Of a DNA stretch of 64,000 bases, positions 1 to 10,660 are shown one piece after another. The notes under the pieces are model-generated. The model was not told where the DNA came from. It searched no databases and saw only the letters and a list, made by a program, of their open reading frames with translations. The position numbers were made by a program, and so were the translations under genes. How positions within the stretch are numbered: the stretch's first letter is position 1; each line of letters begins with the position of its first letter. The stretch comes from an uncultured Gemmatimonadales bacterium (GTDB lineage: Bacteria; Gemmatimonadota; Gemmatimonadetes; Gemmatimonadales; GWC2-71-9), in assembly GCA_963748035.1 (NCBI GenBank), contig CAVVHO010000004.1, forward strand, positions 477,331 through 541,330. The letters are read 5' to 3'.

Positions 1-500
1 GAGGTGCCCCGCAGGTTAGCGCCGGCGAAGTTCGCACCGCTCAGATTGGCTTCGGCCAGGTCGGCCCCGGAGAAATCGGAACCCGGGAAGCTGGTATGGT
101 CGAGCCCTCCCCGCGAAATCTTCGCATCCCGAAAGTCCGCGCCCGGCTGCCCGGCACTCGCGAGCTTGAAGCTGGCTCGCGTCAGGTCCGCCTGGCGGAG
201 GCAGGCGCCCGTCAGGTTGGCCCCGAGCAATCTGCCATCGGTGATCTGCGCCCGGACCAAGCTGGCACCGGCGAGTATGGAAGCGCTCAGATCGGCACCT
301 CGTAGGTCAGCCCCGTCCAGGCAAGCTCCCGTAAGGTCCGCGGAGCAGAGGTCGGCGCCTCGCAAGTCGGCCCCCGACAGATCCACCCCGGGCAGGTCGG
401 CATAGAGCAGCACTGCGTGCGCCAAGCGGGCCCCGCGCAAAGTCGGAGCGTCCAGTTCGAGGAGAAGTGCTCGCGAGTCCCTGCGCTCGATGCGGATCAT
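1..500 (-). CDS. pentapeptide-repeat protein (3' end runs off the left edge)
   Basis: Not in the ORF track because no stop is reached. Reverse-strand ATG at 500-498. My translation is MIRIERRDSRALLLELDAPTLRGARLAHAVLLYADLPGVDLSGADLRGADLCSADLTGACLDGADLRGADLSAS...ADLAEANLSGANFAGANLRGT, an uninterrupted A(D/N)LXX pentapeptide array. Confidence 0.8.
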   Translation of the reverse strand, partial: MIRIERRDSRALLLELDAPTLRGARLAHAVLLYADLPGVDLSGADLRGADLCSADLTGACLDGADLRGADLSASILAGASLVRAQITDGRLLGANLTGACLRQADLTRASFKLASAGQPGADFRDAKISRGGLDHTSFPGSDFSGADLAEANLSGANFAGANLRGT

Positions 501-639
501 GGCTGACCGGGCTGAGGTGAGATGTCAGGTCCGATTTCCAAGATACGGTCCATCTCGCCGGGGCGAAACGGGAACCGATTGGCCACCTCCCGGCGTTAAG
601 GCTGCCAGGACCCGGATCTCGCCGAGTCGAAGGGGAAGG

Positions 640-810
640 ATGAGAGAGGCCATGGATCGTCAACCGCCGGAGCGCCGGGCAGCCAAGTCGGCGCCGGAGG
701 AACCGTGGCTTCGCGTGGTGCGCGCCCAGCTCCAGACGGTGCGTGCTCCGGAGAGCCTGAGGGCGCGGATCACCGCCATGCTTGCGGTGGAGCGGGAACT
801 GGGGCCCTGA
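640..810 (+). CDS. small hypothetical protein (57 aa)
   Basis: Internal ATG of track ORF 490..810, preceded by GAAGGGGAAGG. The tail ...VRAPESLRARITAMLA is reminiscent of small anti-sigma-type proteins, but no diagnostic motif is present. Confidence 0.25.
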   Translation: MREAMDRQPPERRAAKSAPEEPWLRVVRAQLQTVRAPESLRARITAMLAVERELGP

Positions 811-894
811 CAAGGATCTCGGGGCGGCCGCTCCCGTCCAGCACGCCTACGAGCGCGTCCAATCACGAAGCGGATCAAAGACCGGAGGATCACG

Positions 895-3612
895 GTGCAG
901 CAGACGACAGCGGAGTCGGAGCGGCTCGAGCAGGACCGCAAGGGTGAGGCGAACTGGCGCCGCTGGGGTCCTTATCTCTCCGAGCGGCAGTGGGGAACGG
1001 TCCGGGAGGACTACAGTGCTGATGGTGCTGCGTGGGACTACTTACCCCATGATCATGCCCGCAGTCGCGCGTACCGCTGGGGGGAGGACGGCCTGGCGGG
1101 GATCTCCGATCACGAACAGCGGCTCTGTCTCTCGCTGGCGCTTTGGAACGGCCGCGACCCCATTCTCAAGGAGCGGCTATTCGGCCTGACCAACTCGGAA
1201 GGCAACCACGGTGAAGACGTGAAGGAGCTGTATTACTTCCTGGACGCCACCCCGAGTCACTCCTACCTCAAGATGCTGTACAAGTATCCGCAGCAGCCCT
1301 TCCCCTATGAGGATTTGCTGCGGGAGAACGCCCGACGCGGCGTCGGACAGCCGGAGTACGAGCTGCTCGACACCGGCGCCTTCGACGGCGACCGCTATTT
1401 CGATATCGAAGTGGAATACGCCAAGGCCGGCCCGGACGACGTGCTTCTTCGGATTACGGCACACAACCGCGGCCCCGAGGCCGCGGAACTGCATCTGCTA
1501 CCCCAGCTCTGGTTTCGGAACACCTGGTCCTGGCGTGACGGCACGACCAGGCCGGTGCTCCGGGCTGTCGATGGGAGCGTGGCCGCTACCCACCCGACGC
1601 TGGGGCAATATCGCTTCAAGGTCGCTGGAAGCCCCGAGTACCTCTTCACAGAGAATGAAACCAACGTTACCCGCCTCTACGGCACCAGCGCGCCGGGCCG
1701 CTTCTTCAAGGACGCGTTCCATGAGCGAGTCGTTGGCGGCCGACCGGAAGTCGTAAACCCAGAGATGCGGGGCACCAAGGTCGCGGCGTGGCTGCCGGTG
1801 ACTGTACCGCCGCACGGAGCCACAGTGGTGCGCGCGCGTCTCACCGCCGGCACTCGGCACCCCGGATTCGAGGAGTTCGACCAGGTATTCGCCCAGCAGA
1901 TCAAGGAGGCCGATGAGTTCTACCGCCAGATCCAGCGGGATCTCGCTGACCCCGACGCACGCATGGTCCAGCGTCAGGCTTTCGCGGGCATGATCTGGAG
2001 CAAGCAGTTCTTTCATTACGACGTCGCGGAATGGCTGGACGGTGACCCCAACCAGCCGGCACCACCGCCGAATCGCCGTCGGGGCCGGAACTCGGAATGG
2101 AGACACCTGAATAACGCGGATATCATCTCCATGCCGGACTCGTGGGAATATCCGTGGTACGCAGCGTGGGATCTCGCATTCCACTGTATCCCCTTGGCAG
2201 TGATCGATGCGGAGTTCGCCAAGCAGCAGCTGGTCCTGCTTACGCGCGAGTGGTACATGCACCCGAACGGGCAGCTCGCGGCCTACGAGTGGGCGTTTGG
2301 GGACGTGAATCCTCCAGTGCACGCCTGGGCCTCCTGGCGAGTGTTCCAGATCGATCGCAAGCGCCGAGGCGGCGTGGGAGACCTCGCGTTTCTCGAGCGG
2401 GTATTCCACAAGCTCATGCTCAACTTTACGTGGTGGGTGAACCGCAAGGACGCCCAAGGCCGGAACGTCTTCCAGGGCGGATTCCTCGGTCTGGACAACA
2501 TCGGCGTCTTCGACCGGAGCGCACCGCTCCCAACCGGCGGGTACATCAATCAGGCCGACGGCACCGCGTGGATGGGGATGTACAGCCTCAACCTCATGCG
2601 CATTGCGCTGGAGCTGGCTCGGCACAACAAGGTCTACGAAGACATCGCGACCAAGTTCTTCGAGCACTTCCTCCATATCGCCGAGGCGATGACCAACCTC
2701 GGTGACGATGGGGTGGGCCTGTGGGACGAACAGGACCAGTTCTACTACGACGTCCTGAACACCCCGGACAACCAGTTGATCCCGCTCCGGGTCCGCTCGA
2801 TGGTGGGGCTGATTCCGCTCTTCGCGGTGGAGACGATCGACCAGGCCCTGCTGGACGAGCTTCCCGACTTCGCCACGCGACTGCGCTGGTTCCTCGAGCA
2901 CCGCCCCGAGCTCGCGCGACTGGTCTCCCGCTGGCAGGAGCCAGGCATGGGCGATCGCCGGCTCCTCGCGCTGGTGCGCGGGCACCGCATGAAGCGGTTG
3001 CTGACCCGCATGCTGGACGAAACCGAATTCCTCTCCGACTACGGCATCCGTGCCCTCTCCAAGAAGCACGAGGGGGAACCATACGTCTTCGAGGTCATGG
3101 GAATGCCGCTTTCGGTCCGGTATCAGCCGGCGGAATCGGACTCTGGACTGTTCGGGGGCAATTCCAACTGGCGCGGGCCGATCTGGTTCCCGGTCAACTA
3201 CCTGCTCATCGAGTCGCTGCAGAAGTTCCACCACTACTACAGCGATGACTTCAAGGTCGAGTGTCCGACCGGTTCGGGCCGATACCTCACTCTCGCCGAG
3301 GTGGCGGACGAACTCACCGCCAGAATGTCGCGAATCTTCCTGCGGGACGGGTCCGGACGGCGGCCGGTGTTTGGCCACTCCGAGAAACAGCAGACCGACC
3401 CGCATTTCCGCGATCTCGTGCTGTTTCACGAGTACTTCCACGGCGACACCGGGCGAGGCGTGGGCGCCTCACACCAGACCGGCTGGACCGGATTGATCGC
3501 CAAGCTGCTCATGCCACGGGCCATGCCGGCGGCGAGTACGCTGCGGGCCGAGCCCAAGTCCACCTCAGCAAGAACGCGGATTCCCCGGGAGATGAAACAT
3601 GCCGGCAAGTGA
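895..3612 (+). CDS. long MGH1-like glycoside hydrolase family 63 glucosidase
   Basis: Intact 905-aa [22 protein letters not shown]...[12 protein letters not shown]...[34 protein letters not shown]...YKYPQ is the conserved N-terminal signature of the ~900-aa bacterial/fungal GH63 (YMR196W-type) glucosidases as I remember them. Confidence 0.9.
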   Translation: MQQTTAESERLEQDRKGEANWRRWGPYLSERQWGTVREDYSADGAAWDYLPHDHARSRAYRWGEDGLAGISDHEQRLCLSLALWNGRDPILKERLFGLTNSEGNHGEDVKELYYFLDATPSHSYLKMLYKYPQQPFPYEDLLRENARRGVGQPEYELLDTGAFDGDRYFDIEVEYAKAGPDDVLLRITAHNRGPEAAELHLLPQLWFRNTWSWRDGTTRPVLRAVDGSVAATHPTLGQYRFKVAGSPEYLFTENETNVTRLYGTSAPGRFFKDAFHERVVGGRPEVVNPEMRGTKVAAWLPVTVPPHGATVVRARLTAGTRHPGFEEFDQVFAQQIKEADEFYRQIQRDLADPDARMVQRQAFAGMIWSKQFFHYDVAEWLDGDPNQPAPPPNRRRGRNSEWRHLNNADIISMPDSWEYPWYAAWDLAFHCIPLAVIDAEFAKQQLVLLTREWYMHPNGQLAAYEWAFGDVNPPVHAWASWRVFQIDRKRRGGVGDLAFLERVFHKLMLNFTWWVNRKDAQGRNVFQGGFLGLDNIGVFDRSAPLPTGGYINQADGTAWMGMYSLNLMRIALELARHNKVYEDIATKFFEHFLHIAEAMTNLGDDGVGLWDEQDQFYYDVLNTPDNQLIPLRVRSMVGLIPLFAVETIDQALLDELPDFATRLRWFLEHRPELARLVSRWQEPGMGDRRLLALVRGHRMKRLLTRMLDETEFLSDYGIRALSKKHEGEPYVFEVMGMPLSVRYQPAESDSGLFGGNSNWRGPIWFPVNYLLIESLQKFHHYYSDDFKVECPTGSGRYLTLAEVADELTARMSRIFLRDGSGRRPVFGHSEKQQTDPHFRDLVLFHEYFHGDTGRGVGASHQTGWTGLIAKLLMPRAMPAASTLRAEPKSTSARTRIPREMKHAGK

Positions 3613-4450
3613 GATGATGCGACCACGGGAGACGATGCGACGCCCCATACCCAAGCTGCTGGTGGGGCAGCGGGCACTGGTCACCGGCGCCAGTTCGGGA
3701 ATCGGTCGAGCCATCGCGCTAGCCCTTGGTGAGGCCGGCGCGGACGTGGGCGTCAACTTCTCCTCTGCCGAGGGCCCCGCGCTCGAGGTCGTCGGAGTGC
3801 TGAAGGACATGGGGCGGCGAGCCTTTGCCTACAAGGCTGATGTGGCCAATGAGACCCAGGTGGCGGCGATGTTCCAGCGCGCCCGGGACGAATTCGGCAG
3901 CCTGGACATCCTGATCAACAACGCCGGGCTGCAGAAAGACGCTGCCTTGCACGATATGAGTCTGGCCGACTGGCAGCGAGTGATCGATGTGAATCTCACC
4001 GGTCAGTTCCTGTGTGCTCGCGAGGCGGTTCGTGAGTTTCGCCGCCGCGGACCCGCGCCGGAGATTTCTTCGGCCCTGGGGAAGATTCTCTGCGTCAGCT
4101 CGGTACACGAGGTGATCCCCTGGGCGGGACATGTGAACTATGCCGCCTCCAAGGGCGGAGTCATGCTGATGATGAAGAGCATCGCCCAGGAATACGCTCA
4201 GCAGCGGATCCGGGTGAACAGCGTGGCGCCCGGCGCGATCCGGACGCCGATCAACCGTTCGGCATGGGAGACGCCCGAGGCCTACGAGTCTCTGCTCAAG
4301 CTGATTCCCTACAAGCGGATCGGAGAGCCGGAAGACCTCGCGCGGGCGGCGGTGTGGCTGGTGTCCGACGAAGCGGACTACATCACCGGGACGACCCTGT
4401 TCGTGGACGGGGGAATGACACTTTATCCCGGGTTCGAGAGCGGCGGGTGA
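3599..4450 (+). CDS. glucose 1-dehydrogenase (classical SDR)
   Basis: Intact ORF with [14 protein letters not shown] and [21 protein letters not shown] (YxxxK). The C-terminus [22 protein letters not shown] closely parallels Bacillus-type GDH. Alternative start ATG at 3635 (MRRPIPK). Confidence 0.85.
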   Translation: MPASEMMRPRETMRRPIPKLLVGQRALVTGASSGIGRAIALALGEAGADVGVNFSSAEGPALEVVGVLKDMGRRAFAYKADVANETQVAAMFQRARDEFGSLDILINNAGLQKDAALHDMSLADWQRVIDVNLTGQFLCAREAVREFRRRGPAPEISSALGKILCVSSVHEVIPWAGHVNYAASKGGVMLMMKSIAQEYAQQRIRVNSVAPGAIRTPINRSAWETPEAYESLLKLIPYKRIGEPEDLARAAVWLVSDEADYITGTTLFVDGGMTLYPGFESGG

Positions 4451-4616
4451 GCGGGAACTTCGCGGGGCCGGAGGGCGTTCCATTGGGGACAGCACAACAC
4501 CACCGTCTCCGTGAGGCAGCCATGCGACGCCTGATTCCTGCATTCCAGTTCGTGATCCTCGCGCTCGAGGACGAAGCGCCCGCGCTGCTCCGCCGCGCCT
4601 TGCGCTGGACCTGAGC

Positions 4617-6606
4617 GTGCTTCCCACCGATCGCCTGGATGCCGAGTGGCTCGAGGCCGATGGGCTCGGCGGTTTCGCCTCGGGGACCGTCGCCGGATGG
4701 CGCACGCGGCGCTACCACGGTCTGCTCACCCCGGCGGTCGAGGTCCCATCTCGCCGGGCCGTAATGGTAGACGGCTTCGAGGCATGGATCGAGCAAAGCG
4801 GCACCAGGACTGCGCTGACGGCGCAACAGTACGTCCCGGGCGTGATCCATCCCGATGGTCATCACCACCTGGTCGGGTTCAGCGCTTCCCCTTGGCCGAC
4901 TTGGATCTGGCGGCTGGAGTCGGGGCTCGAGGTGACCCAGGAGATCCTGGTTCCCCACGAGCGCCCGGCGGCAATTGTCCGCTGGTCCTGCAAGCAGCGC
5001 TCTCCGGGCACTCGGCTCATCGTGCGCCCGCTCCTCTCCGGGCGCGATACCCACGCGCTCCATTTCGAGAATCCTGCCCTGCGAGGCGACGCCGGGGTGA
5101 CCGGCGAGCGGGTGCGCTGGCGCCCATATGAGGGGCTGCCGACGATCCTGAGTCTCGCCAATGCCACGTACCACCATGACCCGGTCTGGTACCGGAATTT
5201 CCTTCTGGCTGAGGAGCGCAATCGCGGCTTCGACCACCGAGTGGATCTGCTCTCTCCCGGGGAGCTGACCTGGGACCTCGCTGTCGGCGAAGCGGTGTGG
5301 TTGCTCGCCGCCGAGGGGGTCGAGGGACACGTGTCGGTCAACCGGGGCTCGGCACAGAGTGTGGTCACCAAATTGGTGGATCAGGAAACCGAGCGCCGCG
5401 CCGAGTTCACCTCGCCGCTGGAATTGGCGGGCGACGCGTACCTCGTGCGCCGCGGCAAGGGCAAAACGATCATCGCGGGCTATCCCTGGTTCACCGACTG
5501 GGGGCGGGACACTTTCATCGCGCTCCGGGGTCTCTGCCTCGCCACCGGAAGGCTGGACGACGCTCGGGCGATTCTGCTCGAGTGGGCGGGACTCGTCTCC
5601 GAGGGCATGCTCCCCAACCGCTTCGTCGAGGGCGGCGATGCGCCGGAGTTCAATTCGGTCGACGCCTCACTCTGGTATGTAATTGCGGTGCATGAATTCC
5701 TCGAAGCCACGAAGGCGGCGGGGAAGCCTCAGCCTCCGAAGGATCGCGCGAAGCTCGAACAGGCCATCGAGGCCATCCTCTCCGGCTACGCCGCGGGAAC
5801 CCGCTACGGCATCAGGATGGACGACAACGGTCTCCTCTCCGCGGGCGTCCCCGGGGTGCAGCTCACCTGGATGGACGCGAAGGTGGGTGACTGGGTCGTC
5901 ACCCCGCGTATCGGCAAGCCGGTCGAAGTGCAGGCACTGTGGATCAATGCGCTCATGATCGGAGCCCGCATCTCGGATCGCTGGAAACGAGACCTGGGCC
6001 GTGCTACCGCTGCATTCCCGGATGCCTTCTGGAACGCCGCCGGCTACCTCAATGATGTCGCGGACGCGAACGGTAACCCCGGTGAGAGCGACGACGCGTT
6101 CCGACCCAACCAGATCTTTGCGATCGGCGGACTTCCCGGTGCCGATCATCGACATGGGCCGCGCGCGCCTGATCGTGGATGCGGTCGAGGCGCGGCTGTG
6201 GACCCCCATGGGCCTCAGAAGCCTCGCCCCCGGCGATCCGGCCTATCGGCCGGTGTATGCCGGCGGGCCGGTCGAGCGGGACGGCGCCTACCATCAGGGA
6301 ACCGTCTGGCCCTGGCTAGCGGGGCCGTTCATCGAGGCGTGGGTGCGGGTGCGCGGCGGGACCGTTGAGGCCAGACGTGAAGCCAGGAGCCGCTTCTTCG
6401 ATCCCTTGTTAGGCCAATTGGATCGAGCGGGACTGGGCCATCTGGCGGAGATCGCCGACGCGGAGCCGCCACACACGCCGCGCGGCTGCCCGTTCCAGGC
6501 CTGGTCGATGGGCGAGTTGCTGCGGCTGGATCGCGTAGTCCTCGCGGGTACTAGGCCGGCCCCCAAGGCTCGGCGCACGGCCGCGGTGCGGCGGGGTGCT
6601 CGATGA
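4617..6606 (+). CDS. glycogen-debranching-type amylo-alpha-1,6-glucosidase (one frameshift in this sequence)
   Basis: Track ORFs 4617..6368 and 6001..6606 form one gene. It reads EWLEADGLGGFASGTVAGWRTRRYHGLL (GDE_N), GYPWFTDWGRDTFIAL, then RPNQIFAIGGL | FPVPIIDMGRARLIVDAVEARLWTPMGLRSLAP...YHQGTVWPWLAGPFIEAW (GDE_C). The frame change is near 6135. Confidence 0.85.
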
Positions 6607-7376
6607 CACGCGATCACCTGCCGGAATACGCGGCGGAGGCCTTGGGACTCGGACTCTTCATGCTGTCGGCGTGCGGATTCGCTGTGCTCCTCTTTCATCC
6701 GGCTAGTCCGGTGCCCACGGCGTTGCCGAGCCTGATGCTCAGAAGCGCGCTGATGGGGCTCGCCATGGGGCTGACCTGTGTGCTGAACGTGTATTCGCCG
6801 TGGGGCCGCCGCTCCGGGGCCCATCTCAACCCATCCTTCACCCTCGCCTTCTACCGGTTGGGGAAGCTGTCTCGCAAGGACGCGGTGGGTTACATCCTGG
6901 CGCAGTTCATGGGCGGACTCGCCGGAACCGGGCTCGCGGTCCTGCTCTTTCGACCATGGCTTGCCAATCCTGCAGTGAACTACGTCGCGACCGTACCGGG
7001 GCCATGGGGACTTGCCGCCGCCTTTCTGGCGGAGCTCGCGATCTCGTTCTTTCTCATGGTGGTCGTGCTCAGCGTGTTGAGCAGGCCCAGACTTGCGCCT
7101 TTCACCGGCCTCTTCGCCGGTACGCTGGTCGCGCTGTACATCACCTTCGAGAACCCGGTCTCGGGTATGAGCATGAATCCGGCGCGCACGGTCGGGTCCG
7201 CGGCGTTCGCGCACGTCTGGACCGGACTCTGGCTGTATTTCACCGCGCCCCCGCTGGGCATGCTGCTGGCGGTCGAGCTCATGCGGGGCAGTGGAGCGAT
7301 TCGGGAACGGATGTGCGCGAAGCTGCATCACGACGCGCGGGCCCGTTGCATCTTCTGCGAGCATCGGATGGGCTGA
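6603..7376 (+). CDS. MIP/aquaporin-family channel
   Basis: Intact 257-aa ORF with six hydrophobic segments, first loop HLNPSFT (NPS) and second loop MSMNPARTVG (NPA). It has a Cys/His-rich tail, CAKLHHDARARCIFCEH. Confidence 0.9.
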   Translation: MTRDHLPEYAAEALGLGLFMLSACGFAVLLFHPASPVPTALPSLMLRSALMGLAMGLTCVLNVYSPWGRRSGAHLNPSFTLAFYRLGKLSRKDAVGYILAQFMGGLAGTGLAVLLFRPWLANPAVNYVATVPGPWGLAAAFLAELAISFFLMVVVLSVLSRPRLAPFTGLFAGTLVALYITFENPVSGMSMNPARTVGSAAFAHVWTGLWLYFTAPPLGMLLAVELMRGSGAIRERMCAKLHHDARARCIFCEHRMG

Positions 7377-7472
7377 AGCGGGAACTCTTCCGGGGTTGCC
7401 GGCATTATGGCCGGTACACGCAACGCGGTACCGGCACTAGGCCGGTGCCCCACACAACCTCTGGAGGACAAG

Positions 7473-7862
7473 ATGCGCAGGACTCTCGCGGCTCTCGCCT
7501 TGCTCGTGACCGTGGTCGGGATGACGACCGCGGCGACCTACGCCCCCAAGAACTACACCAGCAAGCAGTTCATGGGCGTAAAGGCCAACACCGGTACGGT
7601 GACGGCATCGGTGGACAACGGCTCGATCACCCTGAAGGTCTCGGATGATTTCGTGATCCCGGACACTCCGGCTCCAAGCTGGCAGATCGTGGACTCCAAG
7701 GGCAACACGTACCTGCTGAACCAGTTCCGCATCAAGGGCGACAAGACCAACCGTCAGATCACGCTCCCGAGCTACATCAAGGACGTGGCCAAGGTGCAGG
7801 TGTGGTGCTCCTTCGCCGAAGTGCTGCTCGGCGAGACCACCTTCGACAGCATCGTCAAGTAA
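7473..7862 (+). CDS. secreted protein of unknown function (DM13-like beta-sandwich suspected)
   Basis: ATG at 7473 lies 6 nt after GGAGGA. Signal peptide MRRTLAALALLVTVVGMTTAA. The track ORF starts upstream at 7407. Confidence 0.55.
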   Translation: MRRTLAALALLVTVVGMTTAATYAPKNYTSKQFMGVKANTGTVTASVDNGSITLKVSDDFVIPDTPAPSWQIVDSKGNTYLLNQFRIKGDKTNRQITLPSYIKDVAKVQVWCSFAEVLLGETTFDSIVK

Positions 7863-7929
7863 CCAGTCCACGCACACCGCCGGTCGGGCGCTCCCGGCCG
7901 GCGGTCGTGTTTACCCGGAGGATTCACCC

Positions 7930-8438
7930 ATGCGACAGATCACTCTGCTGGCCGCAGCGCTTGCGCTCTCCGGCCTGGCATCACCGGCTCCCGCCCAGGT
8001 GGCCGAACACAAGAGACTCACGCTCGAAGGCGCCAAGAACGTCATCGCGGCCGCGGTCACCTATGCCCGCACCAAGGCGGGGACCGGCGTCATCGCCGTG
8101 GTGGACGACGGTGGCAACCTGATGGCGCTGGAGCGGCTCGACGGAACCTTCGCGGCCGGGGCCAACATCTCGATCGGCAAGGCCCGCACTGCGGCGCTGT
8201 TCAAGAAGCCCACCCGGGTCTTCGAGGAGCTGATCAACAAGGGCCGCACCGCCATGACCGCGGTCAACGACTTCACGCCGCTCATCGGTGGCGTGCCGAT
8301 TCTTGTCGATGGCCAGATCGTCGGCGCCGTCGGCGTGAGCGGGGCCGCCAGCGCCCAGGAGGACGAGGAGGTGGCGATGGCCGGAGCTGCCGGTGTGAGC
8401 ACCCAAGTCTCCATGGCCGTCGCCGATCCACGCGATGA
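7930..8438 (+). CDS. GlcG/HbpS-like (DUF336) heme-binding-type protein, secreted
   Basis: Signal peptide, then GVIAVVDDGGNLMALERLDGTFAAGANISIGKARTAALFKKPT...VGAVGVSGAASAQEDEEVA. Family-like sequence ends near 8400. The track ORF reads on to 8676, overlapping the cupin gene. Frame 0 gives a TGA at 8436-8438 overlapping the cupin ATG (ATGA), so I place the 3' end there, assuming a 1-nt indel. Confidence 0.65.
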
Positions 8439-8803
8439 ACGTGAGCTACTTCCCGCGCGATCAGGTGAGCGCGGCCTTCGCCAAGGGCAGCGTGCTGCTC
8501 GATGGCTCGGGCCGCAACTACATGGTCCACGCAAGCCGGCGGGAGAAGGCGGGACAGGTCGAGGTGCACATCCTCGACACCGACGTCATTTACGTGCAGG
8601 ACGGGTCGGCGACCTTTGTGACCGGTGGTACGATGGTCGGTGGCAAGACCATCGAACCGAACGAGATCCGGGGTGACTCGATCACCGGTGGCGAAACTCG
8701 CCGCATCGCCAAGGGTGACGTGATCACCGTGCCGAACGGGACCCCGCACTGGTTCCAGGACGTGAAGGGCACGCTGACGTACTACGTCGTCAAGGTCCGG
8801 TAG
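8435..8803 (+). CDS. cupin-domain protein
   Basis: Intact 122-aa ORF. GQVEVHILDTDVIYVQDGSATFVTGG...IAKGDVITVPNGTPHWF is typical of small cupin_2 barrels. Confidence 0.7.
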   Translation: MNVSYFPRDQVSAAFAKGSVLLDGSGRNYMVHASRREKAGQVEVHILDTDVIYVQDGSATFVTGGTMVGGKTIEPNEIRGDSITGGETRRIAKGDVITVPNGTPHWFQDVKGTLTYYVVKVR

Positions 8804-8810
8804 GCCGACC

Positions 8811-10454
8811 ATGCGACGCGCTCTCACTCTCATTGTTGCAGTTGCCGGGCTCGGATTCTCCGGGGTCCGTGCGCAAGTCACCGGCGACGCGCCCTACGGC
8901 AAACCCGCGGCCATCATCAACCTCGGCAGCACCGACGGGGTGGCGCTGGTGGGCGGGCCGTGGCGCTACAGCGATGCCCACTTCGTTGAGGTTGAGCACC
9001 GCGGCCCCGGAACCGATCTCCGGCCCTCCGGCGCTCCCAATCGCACCAACGACATCACACCTCACGCCGGCGCCGCGGAGTTCGACGATTCGTCCTGGCC
9101 GGCTTTCCCGGCGGAGTCGATCGAGGCTCGGCGAGGGACCGGAAAGTTCAGCTTCAACTGGTACCGGATCAACGTGACCGTGCCCGAGCGGGTCGGCCGC
9201 CTCGACCCAACCGGGATGACGGTGGTGTTCGAGCTGGTGGTGGACGACTACGCCGAAGTCTGGGTCAACGGCAAACTGCCGGTGACGCTGGGACAGACCG
9301 GCGGCCAACTGGTGAAGGGCTTCAACGCTCCGAATCGCGTGGTTCTCACCCGGGACGCCCGTCCCGGGCAAGCAGTTCCAGCTCGCCATCTTCGGCATGA
9401 ACGCGCCGGTCTCCAATCCGCCGGTCAACTTCATCTGGATCCGCTCGGCGACGCTCGACTTCTACACTCCCGAGCAGGCGCGGGTCGCGCGGGCGGTGCC
9501 CGGCAAGATTCTTCGGCAGCACCCTGCACTTGATCAGCTCATCAAGCGGGATGCCGAGGTCGAGAAGCTGGCCGGCGGATTCGAGTTCGTCGAAGGGCCG
9601 GTCTGGGTGCGCGACGGCGGCTATCTGCTGTTCAGCGATCCCAACACCAACATGATCTATCGCTGGGCGCCGGACGGGCAGGTCAGCGTCTACCGCACCA
9701 AGAGCGGCTACGCCGGTCTGGACATCGGCGAGTACCACCAACCGGGCTCCAATGGCCTGACGCATCGACCGCGAGGGCAGGGTCGTGGTCAATCAGCACG
9801 GCAATCGGCGGGTGATCCGGATCGAGCGGACCGGAGCGATCACGGTGCTCGCGGACCGGTATGAAGGGCAAGCGGCTCAACAGTCCGAACGACCTGGTCT
9901 ACCGATCCGACGGGGGACTCTATTTCACCGATCCGCCATTCGGACTCCCCAAGGTCTTCGAGGATTCCGGCAAGGAGACACCGTGGAGCGGCGTCTACCT
10001 GCTGCGCGACGGGCAGGTCACCCTGCTCACCAAGGAGCTGAGCGGCCCCAACGGGATCGCCTTCTCGCCTGACGAGAAGACCCTGTACGTGGACAATTGG
10101 GATCCCAGGCACAAGGTCATCATGCGCTATGATGTGAATCCCGACGGGACCATCGCCAACGGGCGCGTCTTCGTTGACATCACCCGTTCGGCTCCGGGAG
10201 ACGATGCCTGGGATGGGCTCAAGGTAGACCAGCGCGGCAATGTGTACGCCGCCGGGCCGGCCGGGATCTATGTGTTCTCTCCCGACGGCAAGAGGCTTGG
10301 CGCGATCACCCTGCCGGAGCATGTGGCCAACTTCGCCTGGGGCGATGACGACTACCGCACACTCTTCATTACGGCGTCCACCGGGCTCTATCGGGTGCGA
10401 GTCGAGGTACCGGGTTTCGTGCCGTTCGCGGCGATGGAGGCGGCGGGGCGGTGA
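8811..10454 (+). CDS. SMP-30/gluconolactonase/LRE-family lactonase with N-terminal secreted domain (three frameshifts here)
   Basis: Joined from track ORFs 8811..9533, 9397..9864, 9785..10072 and 9861..10454. It reads ...FEFVEGPVWVRDGGYLLFSDPNTNMIYRW...SNGLT | DREGRVVVNQHGNRRVIRIERTGAITVLADRYEG | KRLNSPNDLVYRSDGGLYFTDPPFGL. Frame changes are near 9368 (CCCGGGC), 9762 and 9866 (GGG run). Confidence 0.8.
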
Positions 10455-10478
10455 GACGGTCGGGGGTCATGGGTCCTT

Positions 10479-10633
10479 CTGTCATTGCGAGGTCGCGCAG
10501 CGACCGAAGCAATCCCGCGGCATGCCACCGGATTGCCTCGGCGCTCGGCGTCCAGCGTCCAGCGTTCAGGGTTGTAAGTTCAGGTAGATAGGCTCGCCTC
10601 GAGTGCCTACGCTGAACGCTGAACGCTGAACGC
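10479..10633. repeat. intergenic repeat: CTGTCATTGCGAG..CGAAGCAATC module plus octamer-array hairpin
   Basis: The module lies at 10479-10514, with inner hairpin GGTCGC GCA GCGACC. The arm GCGTCCAGCGTCCAGCGTTCAG (10548-10569) is the reverse complement of CTGAACGCTGAACGCTGAACGC (10612-10633). Confidence 0.85.
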
Positions 10634-10660
10634 TTCCTGTCACCCAGCTGGGAACTGACT

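Noticed and set aside
1498-3441. 647-aa ORF antisense to the GH63 gene, plus many similar long antisense ORFs (for example 6294..7364, 3719..4705, 36258..37727)
   Set aside because: These are shadow ORFs typical of high-GC DNA. Their composition is Arg/Pro/Gly-rich, they carry no motifs, and the opposite strand encodes clearly recognisable proteins.
7930-8803. Natural GlcG-cupin fusion protein
   Set aside because: The cupin frame has a TGA at 8396-8398, just upstream of its ATG. A third frame gives an ATGA stop/start overlap at 8435-8438. Two coupled genes with a small indel is the simpler reading, though a fusion cannot be excluded without reads.
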